Made by a program: the position numbers and the translations under genes | NCBI GenBank assembly: GCA_001899805.1 | Contig: MKWP01000008.1 | Coordinates: 80,859-144,858 of the forward strand | Length of the DNA stretch: 64,000 bases | Direction: 5' to 3' | From: Lysobacterales bacterium 66-474 | GTDB lineage: Bacteria; Pseudomonadota; Gammaproteobacteria; Xanthomonadales; Rhodanobacteraceae | In this document: positions 40,640-48,587 of the stretch, one piece after another | Layout: every line of letters starts with the position of its first letter | How positions within the stretch are numbered: the stretch's first letter is position 1 | The notes under the pieces: generated by a model | Database searches by the model: none | What the model was told of the DNA's origin: nothing | Seen by the model: only the letters and a program-made list of their open reading frames with translations

Positions 40640-40975
40640 ATGGACGAACGCTACCGACGCATCTACGCCGCGATCGCGGCGATCCCGGCCGGACGGGTCG
40701 CCGGCTACGGCCAGATCGCCGCGCGCGCCGGGCTGCCGGGCCGCGCGCGGTTGGTAGGTGCGGCGTTGCGCGACTCACCGGACGGCATGCAATTGCCGTG
40801 GTACCGGGTGCTGCATTCGAATGGCACCATCGCGCTGCCGCGCGGCAGTCGCGGATTCCGCGAACAGACGAAGCGTCTGCGCGCCGAAGGCGTGGACGTG
40901 CGCAATGGCCGCGTGCCGATGCAGGCGTTCGGGCTCGATGCCGACCTGGATCGCGCCCTGTGGGGCATCGGTTGA
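40640..40975 (+). CDS. Alkyltransferase-like (ATL) protein: MGMT-fold DNA-binding domain lacking the acceptor cysteine
   Basis: IPAGRVAGYGQIAARAG...PWYRVL. The canonical PCHRV active site has Trp in place of Cys. 111 aa, with no N-terminal Ada/Ogt domain. Confidence 0.75.
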   Translation: MDERYRRIYAAIAAIPAGRVAGYGQIAARAGLPGRARLVGAALRDSPDGMQLPWYRVLHSNGTIALPRGSRGFREQTKRLRAEGVDVRNGRVPMQAFGLDADLDRALWGIG

Positions 40976-40984
40976 AAAGGGAAG

Positions 40985-41060
40985 TGGTGGCCAAGGGCGG
41001 AATCGAACCACCGACACGGGGATTTTCAGTCCCCTGCTCTACCAACTGAGCTACTTGGCC
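40985..41060 (-). tRNA. tRNA-Phe (anticodon GAA)
   Basis: Minus-strand sequence GGCCAAGTAGCTCAGTTGGTAGAGCAGGGGACTGAAAATCCCCGTGTCGGTGGTTCGATTCCGCCCTTGGCCACCA, 76 nt, clean cloverleaf. Confidence 0.93.
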
Positions 41061-41185
41061 AGACCGGCCGCGACCGCTTTGTTGCCCGCCTTGCGCGAGC
41101 GGCAATCACGAACCGGCTATTACAGCGGCCACGGCTGCGAGCGTCAAGCGGTTTTCCTGCGGCCGGCACTGGTGTCCGGGCGGCA

Positions 41186-41602
41186 TCACACGAACCGGAT
41201 CGCGTGCCCTTCGCGGTCGAACGCCGCGAATTCGCCCACCCGGCCGTCGTGGATGGCGTTGACCATGAAGCGCAGCGGCTGGTCGGCCTCGTCGCTGTTG
41301 GGCGCGATGCCGCCGCGGCCTTCGAGGCCGCCGACGAACACGATGTCCCAGTGTTGGCCGGTTTGTTCGGACTCGGCAGCGAGCCTGGCGAAACTGGCGA
41401 TCTCGTCGGGCATCTTGTCCACGCACAGGCAAGGTTGCAGATGTCCGCCGACGCCGCGTTCGAAGCTTTCCTTTTGTGCGTTGGTGGCGTGCTGGCCAAG
41501 CTCGCGGCGCGCGAACACGAACAGCAAGCGTTGCGGTTCTTGCTGCTGCCGTGATGCCGCGAGCAGCGCGTTGAAATCGTCCAGCGATGCGGCGGTGGCC
41601 AT
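41186..41602 (-). CDS. Hypothetical protein
   Basis: 138 aa from ATG 41602 (MATAASLDDFNALLAA...). The longer 270-aa ORF upstream extension is Arg/Pro-rich and overlaps the next gene. Confidence 0.5.
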   Translation of the reverse strand: MATAASLDDFNALLAASRQQQEPQRLLFVFARRELGQHATNAQKESFERGVGGHLQPCLCVDKMPDEIASFARLAAESEQTGQHWDIVFVGGLEGRGGIAPNSDEADQPLRFMVNAIHDGRVGEFAAFDREGHAIRFV

Positions 41603-41607
41603 GGTGG

Positions 41608-42078
41608 TTACTTGCGTTGGGCGTGGTCGCCCGGTTGGTAATGGCCGGGTTCCGATCGAAACGGAATCGCGAGGCGGTTCCAGCCGTTGATGGCGATGAT
41701 CGCGAGCGAGAGGTCCACCAGTTCCTTGTCGTCGAACTGCTTGCGGACTTCCTCGTACAGTTCGTCCGGCACGTCGTTTTGCGAAATGTGGGTCAGCGCT
41801 TCGGTCCATGCCAGTGCCGCGCGTTCGCGTTCGCTGTAGAACGGCGATTCGCGCCATGCATCCAGCAGGTACAGGCGTTGTTCGGTTTCCCCGGCGGCGC
41901 GGGCATCCTTGGAGTGCATGTCGAGGCAATAGGCGCAGCCGTTGATCTGCGAGGCGCGCATCTTCACCAGCTCCATCAGTTTGTGTTCGAGGCCGCATTG
42001 ATCGACGTGCGCTTGCAGCGTGCGCATGGCCTTGAAGCCATCGGGTGAAGCCTTGACGTAGTTGAGGCGTTGCGACAT
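41608..42078 (-). CDS. Carboxymuconolactone decarboxylase (AhpD-like) family protein
   Basis: LMELVKMRASQINGCAYCLDMHSKDA contains the CxxC-type AhpD-fold motif. The family's typical ~155-aa size. Confidence 0.85.
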   Translation of the reverse strand: MSQRLNYVKASPDGFKAMRTLQAHVDQCGLEHKLMELVKMRASQINGCAYCLDMHSKDARAAGETEQRLYLLDAWRESPFYSERERAALAWTEALTHISQNDVPDELYEEVRKQFDDKELVDLSLAIIAINGWNRLAIPFRSEPGHYQPGDHAQRK

Positions 42079-42210
42079 GTACGTAATCTCCAGAGTTGTC
42101 GGCTGTTGTGGAAAGTCAGGCCAGGGAAGGCCGTTCTGGTGTCATTTGGTTTCTGACCGTGCCGGAGATTCTGAACTCCGGGTGGGCAGCGATCAGGGAC
42201 GATCGCACGA

Positions 42211-43161
42211 CTAGTGGAACGGAACCGGCGCGTGGTCGGTCGGCGCAGGGTGCATGAAGAAATCATGCAGGTATTTTTCGCCTTCGTCGTCGAGCACGGT
42301 GACGATGGTCTCGAGCTCGGGATGCTGTTCGCGGATTCGCCGCGCCGCGATCATGTGCGCGCCCGAACTCGGGCCGCAGAACAGGCCGCGCGTGCGTGCG
42401 AGCTTGCGCATTTCCGCGACCGCTTCGGCGCTCGCAACCGCGGTGGTGTCGCGGACGAGGTCGCGATGGTGCGCGAAGATGCCGGGGACGAAACCATCCG
42501 AGATGCCTTCGATCTGGTGCAGCGCGACCTCGCCGCACAGGATGGTGCGCGATTCGGAAGGTTCCATCGCGAACAGCCGCACGTTCGGGTTTACCTTGCG
42601 GAATGCCTGGCCGACGCCGATCAGCGTGCCGCCGGTGCCGACGCCGTGCACGAAGGCGTCGGGGACGCGGCCGTCCGGGAGTTGCGCGAGGATTTCGGGG
42701 CCCAACCACTCGCGGTTTTCCTCGACGTTCCATTCCGACTCGAACTGGCCGGGGAAGAAGAAACCCGGCTGGTTGCCGAGTTCGCGCGCGCGCTCCAGTG
42801 CATCGTTGACGTGGAAGGTGCCGCAGAACAGCACCTCGGCGCCGTAGGCGCGCGAGATCGCGACGCGTTCGCTGGACAGGCCTTCCGGCATCACCACGAG
42901 CATGCGGTAGCCCTTGACCGCGGCCACCATCGCGAATGCGTTGCCGGTGTTGCCGCTGGTGGCTTCGACGATGGTGTCGCCGGGCTTCAGGCGGCCGCTG
43001 GCTTCGGCGCGCTCGACGATGTGTTTGGCGATGCGTGCCTTGATCGAGCCGGACGGGTTGAGGAACTCGCACTTCGCGAAAATGCCGTCGATGTCCAGCA
43101 ACGGCGTGTCGCCGATGGCATCGAGGATATTGGCCGAAAGCCCTGTGTAGCGCGTCGCCAT
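42211..43161 (-). CDS. PLP-dependent cysteine synthase family protein (CysK/CysM/CBS-like)
   Basis: GDTPLL...EFLNPSGSIKARIA (PLP lysine), EATSGNTGNAFA, GVGTGGTLIGVG. Confidence 0.85.
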   Translation of the reverse strand: MATRYTGLSANILDAIGDTPLLDIDGIFAKCEFLNPSGSIKARIAKHIVERAEASGRLKPGDTIVEATSGNTGNAFAMVAAVKGYRMLVVMPEGLSSERVAISRAYGAEVLFCGTFHVNDALERARELGNQPGFFFPGQFESEWNVEENREWLGPEILAQLPDGRVPDAFVHGVGTGGTLIGVGQAFRKVNPNVRLFAMEPSESRTILCGEVALHQIEGISDGFVPGIFAHHRDLVRDTTAVASAEAVAEMRKLARTRGLFCGPSSGAHMIAARRIREQHPELETIVTVLDDEGEKYLHDFFMHPAPTDHAPVPFH

Positions 43162-43281
43162 GGCGTGGGTTCCGATGCGGACTTCGCAGTGTGCGTGCGC
43201 GGCGCGTCGGTTTGAATGATCCACGTCAGCCGGCTTGCGCGGCCGCGACGCAGGCCGCGGCCGCGTGGCGCCAAGGAGGGA

Positions 43282-43710
43282 TCACCAGGATGCGCTGGAG
43301 GATGCCGGCGCGCTGCCGGCCTTGAGCGCGTCGGCTGCCTTGTTGCCGTCGCTGTGGATCGTGTCCAGGTCGGTGGCCTGCAAACCCGCCTCGGCCGCAG
43401 CGAGGGCGCTTTCCAGCTTGCCCTTGAGTGCTGCGTTGCCTTTCGAGTCCGGGATCGCGCCATTGCCCTGGCCCTTGCAGGGTTCGCCCGCGGCGGCGTC
43501 GAAGCCGCTGCCCTTGGGTCCCACCAGGCAATTGATGACGTGGTGCAGGTGCGCGTGTCCGATTTCGACCGTGTCGGCGCTGGCCGCCATCAGCGCATGC
43601 GCGTGCGCGGTGGCGACTTCGTTCGACGCGGAAGGGGTCTGGGCAACTGCGCCGAAGGCGAGTCCGCTCGCCAGTGCTGTGGCGACGCCGGCAGCCAGCA
43701 ACTTGTTCAT
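43282..43710 (-). CDS. Secreted His-rich small protein, unknown function
   Basis: Signal peptide MNKLLAAGVATALASGLAFGAVA; His cluster ATAHAHAL...EIGHAHLHHVINC. It lies 93 nt downstream of the multicopper oxidase. Confidence 0.5.
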   Translation of the reverse strand: MNKLLAAGVATALASGLAFGAVAQTPSASNEVATAHAHALMAASADTVEIGHAHLHHVINCLVGPKGSGFDAAAGEPCKGQGNGAIPDSKGNAALKGKLESALAAAEAGLQATDLDTIHSDGNKAADALKAGSAPASSSASW

Positions 43711-43803
43711 TGCAACCTCCAGTCGATGTTGGGCGGGATCAGGATATTGCAGCGTACGCGCGGCAATGTAATCGGAACGTGTAGCGGCAACGTGGCCTGC
43801 GGA

Positions 43804-45309
43804 TCACACGGTTTCGAACAGCGCCATGAACCCGAAATCCATGTGCTGCTGCATGTGGCAATGGAACAGGGTCAGGCCGGGCTGGTCGGCGGTGAAATCG
43901 ACTTCGGTGGTCTGGAACGGCGGCACCAGCACCACGTCCTTCATCACGCCCGCGGTCGATTGGCCGTGGATGCGGGTGAGCTCGAAGCTGTGGCGATGCA
44001 GGTGCAGCGGATGGATGTCGCCGCTGGCGTTGCGGAACCGCAGGCGGTAGCGCTTGCCGAGGCGCAGCTTGCGCGTGACGGGCATCGTCTTCCAGTCGTA
44101 GGGCACGCCGTTGATCGCATACTGGTCGAAGCCTTCCGCCGCGCTCTGGCGCGCGGTGATCAGCATGTCGATGGTTTCGTCGGGACGCGCGGGTTTGCGT
44201 GCGGGATCGGCGAACAGGCGATAGTCCCACTTGAACGTGGGTGGCGCGTGCCATTGCGGATCGCCGCCGGCACCGGCGTATTCCACGACGATGCCCATGC
44301 CACCCTCGCGGTCGGCATCGATGGTTTCGCCGAGTACCCAGATGCCGGGATGGTTCATCTCGACGATCGCGGAAATGCGCTCAGCGGCGCCCATCCACAA
44401 CACCGGAACCTCGACCGGATGTGGCACCGGGCAGCCGTCCAGCGCGATGACCTTGAAGGCATGGCCGGGCAGCGCGAGGCTGCGGTTGTCGGTGGCGCTG
44501 GCGTTGACGACGTGCAGCAAGACGCGCTCGCCGCGCTTGACGCGGATCGGTTCGCCGTGTCCCAGCGACTTGCCGTTGATCGCGAACGCACCGTAGGCCA
44601 GTTCGTAACCCGGCGGCAGTTTGCCGGCGCCGGGGTCGGCGTTGGCGGCGATCGTCACCAACGGCAGCTCCATGCCCTCCGGCGCCATGAACGGGATGTC
44701 GTTGTCCATGCGCGTGAGGTAGGGCAGGAACTCCTTCAATGTCAGGAACACTTCGCGGTCGTAGGCGCCGGGTTCGTGCTTCGGTTCGATGAAGACGGGG
44801 CCGGCCAGGCCGGTGTAGAGCCCGCGCGCAAGGTTGGCGCCGGCGCGCACGTGCGTGTGGTAGAAGCGCAGTCCCGCCGGCGTCGGCGTGAAGACCTCGC
44901 GGCGATGGCCGTGTGCGGGGACCGGCGGCGTGCGTTCCTCGTCGGCCCCGTCCACGTCGTCGGGCAGGTACTGGCCGTGCCAGTGCACCTGTTCGTCGTG
45001 GTCGGTGTCGTTGTAAATGTCGACGACGGTGCGCCGGCCCTGCCTGAAGCGCAGCAGCGGGCCGGGGAAATCGCCGTTGTACAGGGTGGTCGAGACGAGT
45101 TTTTCGGGGCCGAGTTCCAGCACCCCGGTGGCGATGCGCAAGCTGTAGTCGGCCTTGCCGACGATGCCCGCCGTCGGCGCGGTGCCCGGCTGGTGCATGG
45201 ATTGGGTGCGTGCCAGGGCATCCGAGGCAGGCGCGAGCCCCGCGGCCAGGGCCGAGAGGCCGGCACTCTTCAGGAAATCGCGGCGATCCACGTTCGGTTC
45301 CTTCGGCAA
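43804..45309 (-). CDS. Tat-exported multicopper oxidase (CopA/laccase-like)
   Basis: Twin-arginine signal VDRRDFLKSAGLSALAAG. Copper ligand motifs HWHG, HTH, HPLHLH and HCHMQQHMDFGFM. Confidence 0.88.
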   Translation of the reverse strand: MPKEPNVDRRDFLKSAGLSALAAGLAPASDALARTQSMHQPGTAPTAGIVGKADYSLRIATGVLELGPEKLVSTTLYNGDFPGPLLRFRQGRRTVVDIYNDTDHDEQVHWHGQYLPDDVDGADEERTPPVPAHGHRREVFTPTPAGLRFYHTHVRAGANLARGLYTGLAGPVFIEPKHEPGAYDREVFLTLKEFLPYLTRMDNDIPFMAPEGMELPLVTIAANADPGAGKLPPGYELAYGAFAINGKSLGHGEPIRVKRGERVLLHVVNASATDNRSLALPGHAFKVIALDGCPVPHPVEVPVLWMGAAERISAIVEMNHPGIWVLGETIDADREGGMGIVVEYAGAGGDPQWHAPPTFKWDYRLFADPARKPARPDETIDMLITARQSAAEGFDQYAINGVPYDWKTMPVTRKLRLGKRYRLRFRNASGDIHPLHLHRHSFELTRIHGQSTAGVMKDVVLVPPFQTTEVDFTADQPGLTLFHCHMQQHMDFGFMALFETV

Positions 45310-45502
45310 CGCGAAGGGGCATGATAGAAGATCGCCGCGGCATTCGACGCGTAGTCGCGCGCGGTTTCGCGCGGTGCGCCGGCGGACGCGATCGTCCGCC
45401 GCGATGGGCGGGTGGTCGACGCCGACACCGGCAAGACCTTGGCGTATCGGGTGCCGGCGCTGCTTGCCGGCAAGCGGGTGATGGTTTCGGGCAGCCGGAG
45501 GG

Positions 45503-46507
45503 TCAGCTCGATTTGCGCCAGTTCAGCTTGACGACGTGGTCGTTCTCTTGTGTCGGTTCCGACAGTGTCGCACCGCCGTTGCCGGTCATCGTGATCAGCG
45601 AGGCGCCGCTGAGGTTGTCGATGCGCCCCGAGCCGCCGGCGATGCATTCGTCGAAGTAGCACGCGGCATAGTCGGTGAGGTTGGCGACCGATCCTCCGAC
45701 CGTGGGACGCTCGACGATCCACTCGGCCACGTTGCCGGTCAGCGTCGTGCCGCGCGGTGGGGTGATCTCGAAACGCGTGCCGACGCCTTCCGACTGGTTG
45801 CTGAAGTAGACCGTGGCGTGGCTGGTGGTGTCGGCGCAGATCAGGCAATACATCACGTCGCCCGCCGAGACGGGCAGGTTGCCGATCTTCACCTCGCCCG
45901 CGGGAAACCACTCCCACCACGTGTAGACCTGCGCGGCGGTGATGAACCAGATCTTCGTGATCTGGGTTTCAGTTCCCGCCTGCAGCACGTCGTTGGAATT
46001 CCAGCCGTCGATGCCGACCCACTCCGACGCGTAATAGGCGCCGTCAGTCCGGGTGTTCGGACTCGGCACGGTCCACTGGCCGCCGACGAAGCCGTACGGC
46101 TTGCCGGCCGGCGAGAAGTCCGCCGCACCGGACCAGTTGTTGGACGTGGCGTTGGAAATGCCCGCCGTACCCAGACGCGCGCTGACGGCGCGACGGCCGG
46201 AGCCACGCGCCGGGCCGTGCTTGATGTGCTCGCGATGCTCGAACTCGGGGGCAATCCACAGCCGGGTGCGTGACATCACCCCGTCCCAGAGCCTGCGCAA
46301 CTGCGGCTCGGTTTTGGCGTCGGGGCGGCGTGGCAACCGGTAGGCCGCAAGCTGCCGGGCCGTTGCCTTCATCGGGTCGAACCTCTCCGGCAGCGGACCC
46401 AGGGCTCGTATCCGGAAACCCTTGCGGGTCAGCGTTTCCGGGACGAATCCCGCCGGTTCCCGCGTCTTTCTGCCGCTCCTGCTTCCACGCGCGCCTGAGG
46501 TTGCCAT
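45503..46507 (-). CDS. Peptidase family G1 (eqolisin / scytalido-aspergilloglutamic peptidase type) with a ~120-aa N-terminal pro-region and no signal peptide
   Basis: Blocks SNNWSGA, ASEWVGIDGWNSNDVLQAGTE, WWEWFPAGEVKIGNLPVSAGD and NVAEWIVERP line up with the SGP/AGP blocks SSNWAGA, AWVGIDG...LQTG (catalytic Gln), YEWYP...SVSAGD and AEWIVEDF (catalytic Glu), as I recall them. Confidence 0.75.
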   Translation of the reverse strand: MATSGARGSRSGRKTREPAGFVPETLTRKGFRIRALGPLPERFDPMKATARQLAAYRLPRRPDAKTEPQLRRLWDGVMSRTRLWIAPEFEHREHIKHGPARGSGRRAVSARLGTAGISNATSNNWSGAADFSPAGKPYGFVGGQWTVPSPNTRTDGAYYASEWVGIDGWNSNDVLQAGTETQITKIWFITAAQVYTWWEWFPAGEVKIGNLPVSAGDVMYCLICADTTSHATVYFSNQSEGVGTRFEITPPRGTTLTGNVAEWIVERPTVGGSVANLTDYAACYFDECIAGGSGRIDNLSGASLITMTGNGGATLSEPTQENDHVVKLNWRKSS

Positions 46508-46594
46508 GACGGTTCTCCATTTTGTGGTTGATCGGTGTCGGCGGCCCGGGAGTGCGGTTCAACAGGCGCCGGCGTCCGGGTTCGGTTCGCCTGC

Positions 46595-47896
46595 TCACTC
46601 CGCATCGGGGGCCGGTGGGCAGCAGCGGTACTCCTGCGATTTATCGAGCAGCGCGATCTGCTTCTGCAGCAGATCGTTCTCCAGCTTCTTGCGCTCGACG
46701 TCGAGTTGGATGGATTTCAGGCGCGTGTCCTCGCACACATTGCAATCATCGAGGCAGCCCTTGACCAGGATGCCGGGTGTCGGCAGCGACGACTGCCGCA
46801 CGAATGAGTATCGCTTCTGCGCGTCGGTGGACACCTTGCCGTTCTTGTCCAGCAGCCCTTCCTTCACCAGCTCGTCCTGCACCTGCTTGAGCGCTTGCGC
46901 GCGCAACGCGGCGGCCAGAACGGGGATCTGCAATCGGAACGCCGTCGCGACGCCGATCCGGTCGCTGTTGGAGGGGCTGGTCGCGGCCTGCAGATAAGTT
47001 GCGCTGCGCTTGGCGTCGGTGGACAGCACGCCGTTGGAAAGCACGCCGACGCCGGTGCTGGGCGCGAGCGGGTTGGCCGCGACCCGGGTGAAGTCGTTGG
47101 CGGGGTCGGTGTCCATCATCGCCCGCAGATCGACGGACTCCAGCGTGTAGCTGATCGTCTGGGTCTTGTTGATCTGGTAGAAGAAGAACGTCACCGCGTG
47201 GCAGTCGTTGCCGTTCTGGAACTCGCGCGAGGCGGATTCGTAGTGGTCCTGCGACTCGCTCTCGGTATGCGTGCGGCTTTCGGATTCGCCGATCGACACG
47301 CTGGAGGCCTTGCGTACGCCCATCTCTGCCGCGCGTGACGAGGATTGCGCGTGCTGGCTGTGTTCACCAAGGAAATCCGAAACGGAATTCGAATCGAAAT
47401 TGCCGCTCATGCTGGCCGAGCCGCCCAGGCCGAAGATGTTCACGCCGGCGTCGGCCTTGCCGTCCACGTGCGAATGCGACTGGTTGCTGGAGTGGGCCTC
47501 GTCGCGCGAATTCACGTCGAACAGCGAGTCGCTCATCTGCTGCATGAAGAACGATTCTTCCGACGACTGCGAATTGCGATAGCCGAACTTGCTCTCACTG
47601 TCGAAGGTGAACTTGGAGCGGCGGTCGGACGTGAACAGCCGCACCTTCTCGCCCGGCAGCAAGGTCGTGGTGTAGAGCAGATCGCCCAGCGCGAGCGGTC
47701 CGCGACAGCGCTTCAGGTGGAAATGCAGCTTGACTTCGACCGGGATGGTCGGCAGCGCGACCGTGCCGGGCTGGGAGCCGGCCGTGGCCGGGTAGGTCAG
47801 GCGGTAGAAGAAATCCAGTTCATCGCACACCTTGTCCGGTTCGAGGACCGGGCAGCAGGGCATGGTTTGTTGTTTGGTGTCGGTCTGGGCGGCCAT
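46595..47896 (-). CDS. Hypothetical 433-aa protein: terminal Cys-Cys motifs, Ser/Glu/Asp/His-rich centre, C-terminal coiled coil
   Basis: AGGAGA RBS before ATG 47896; high-GC3 codons. PCCP near the N-terminus and RCCPP near the C-terminus; heptad-like LKSIQLDVERKKLENDLLQKQIALLDKSQ. No family recognised. Confidence 0.6.
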   Translation of the reverse strand: MAAQTDTKQQTMPCCPVLEPDKVCDELDFFYRLTYPATAGSQPGTVALPTIPVEVKLHFHLKRCRGPLALGDLLYTTTLLPGEKVRLFTSDRRSKFTFDSESKFGYRNSQSSEESFFMQQMSDSLFDVNSRDEAHSSNQSHSHVDGKADAGVNIFGLGGSASMSGNFDSNSVSDFLGEHSQHAQSSSRAAEMGVRKASSVSIGESESRTHTESESQDHYESASREFQNGNDCHAVTFFFYQINKTQTISYTLESVDLRAMMDTDPANDFTRVAANPLAPSTGVGVLSNGVLSTDAKRSATYLQAATSPSNSDRIGVATAFRLQIPVLAAALRAQALKQVQDELVKEGLLDKNGKVSTDAQKRYSFVRQSSLPTPGILVKGCLDDCNVCEDTRLKSIQLDVERKKLENDLLQKQIALLDKSQEYRCCPPAPDAE

Positions 47897-47937
47897 CGCG
47901 AATCTCCTGTCGGCTTTGCAATCGATTTGCACGTGCA

Positions 47938-48195
47938 TTACGTGCATCGTCGAAAAATGCCTTTCTTGAGCAACCCGGCGACATCGCGGGCGTCCACGGA
48001 CTGCACGGCGCGGCCGACGGCGAATGGATAGGCATGTCCGCTGACGGCGCCACGCACCACGATCGGAGCCGCGCCGAGGTAGCGGATCGGCGCCTTGGCG
48101 CGCAGCGCGGCATCACCGACCACGTGCGCGATCCCGCCCACCGCAACGCGCGGCGCCCTCGGCGATTGAATCGCCTGACTAGCTCTCAGTGCCAT
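47938..48195 (-). CDS. Small hypothetical protein (85 aa, or 93 aa from ATG 48219)
   Basis: The ORF overlaps the DUF1360 3' end by 17-41 nt, with coding-like GC3. Core is IRYLGAAPIVVRGAVSGHAYPFAVGRAVQSVDARDVAGLL. No family recognised. Confidence 0.45.
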   Translation of the reverse strand: MALRASQAIQSPRAPRVAVGGIAHVVGDAALRAKAPIRYLGAAPIVVRGAVSGHAYPFAVGRAVQSVDARDVAGLLKKGIFRRCT

Positions 48196-48553
48196 CCGGC
48201 CTTGACCGCAACACGACATGTTCGTTGTTCTCCGGAAAATGGGACGGCTCCACCTGCAGTGCGGTGCGTTCCGGGCCCAGACGCTCCAGCAGGCACGCCG
48301 CGCCGGAAACGGCCAGCCAGGCCGGTACCCAAGCCAGCGCCGGGCCGGTGACGATGAAAGTGAAGGGGATGGCGATCCATAGCGAAAGGCATTGAAAACA
48401 GTCCATCAGGGTTCCCAACACGCTGGTCCCGAATTTCGATCGCAGCTTCAGGATCAAATCCGCCGGCCCGTCTTCCTCCGCGAGCAGGTGCGTGACCCGC
48501 CAGGTTCCCAGCGCGGCCAGCGCAAGCGCGAACCATGGGTCGATGGCGTTCAC
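48179..48553 (-). CDS. DUF1360-like membrane protein
   Basis: 124 aa. LGTWRVTHLLAEEDGP...LMDCFQCLSLWIAIPF resembles the DUF1360 signature (amphipathic W-R-x-T-x-L helix plus a CxxC-x-S-x-W TM segment), from recollection. Confidence 0.65.
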   Translation of the reverse strand: MNAIDPWFALALAALGTWRVTHLLAEEDGPADLILKLRSKFGTSVLGTLMDCFQCLSLWIAIPFTFIVTGPALAWVPAWLAVSGAACLLERLGPERTALQVEPSHFPENNEHVVLRSRPDGTES

Positions 48554-48587
48554 GATCCTTTGGATTCGCGTTCCGCTGCCCGCGCAG

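Noticed and set aside
43216-45324. 702-aa plus-strand ORF opposite the multicopper oxidase and His-rich protein genes
   Set aside because: It spans two minus-strand genes with a clear Tat signal and copper-site motifs, and has shadow-frame composition.
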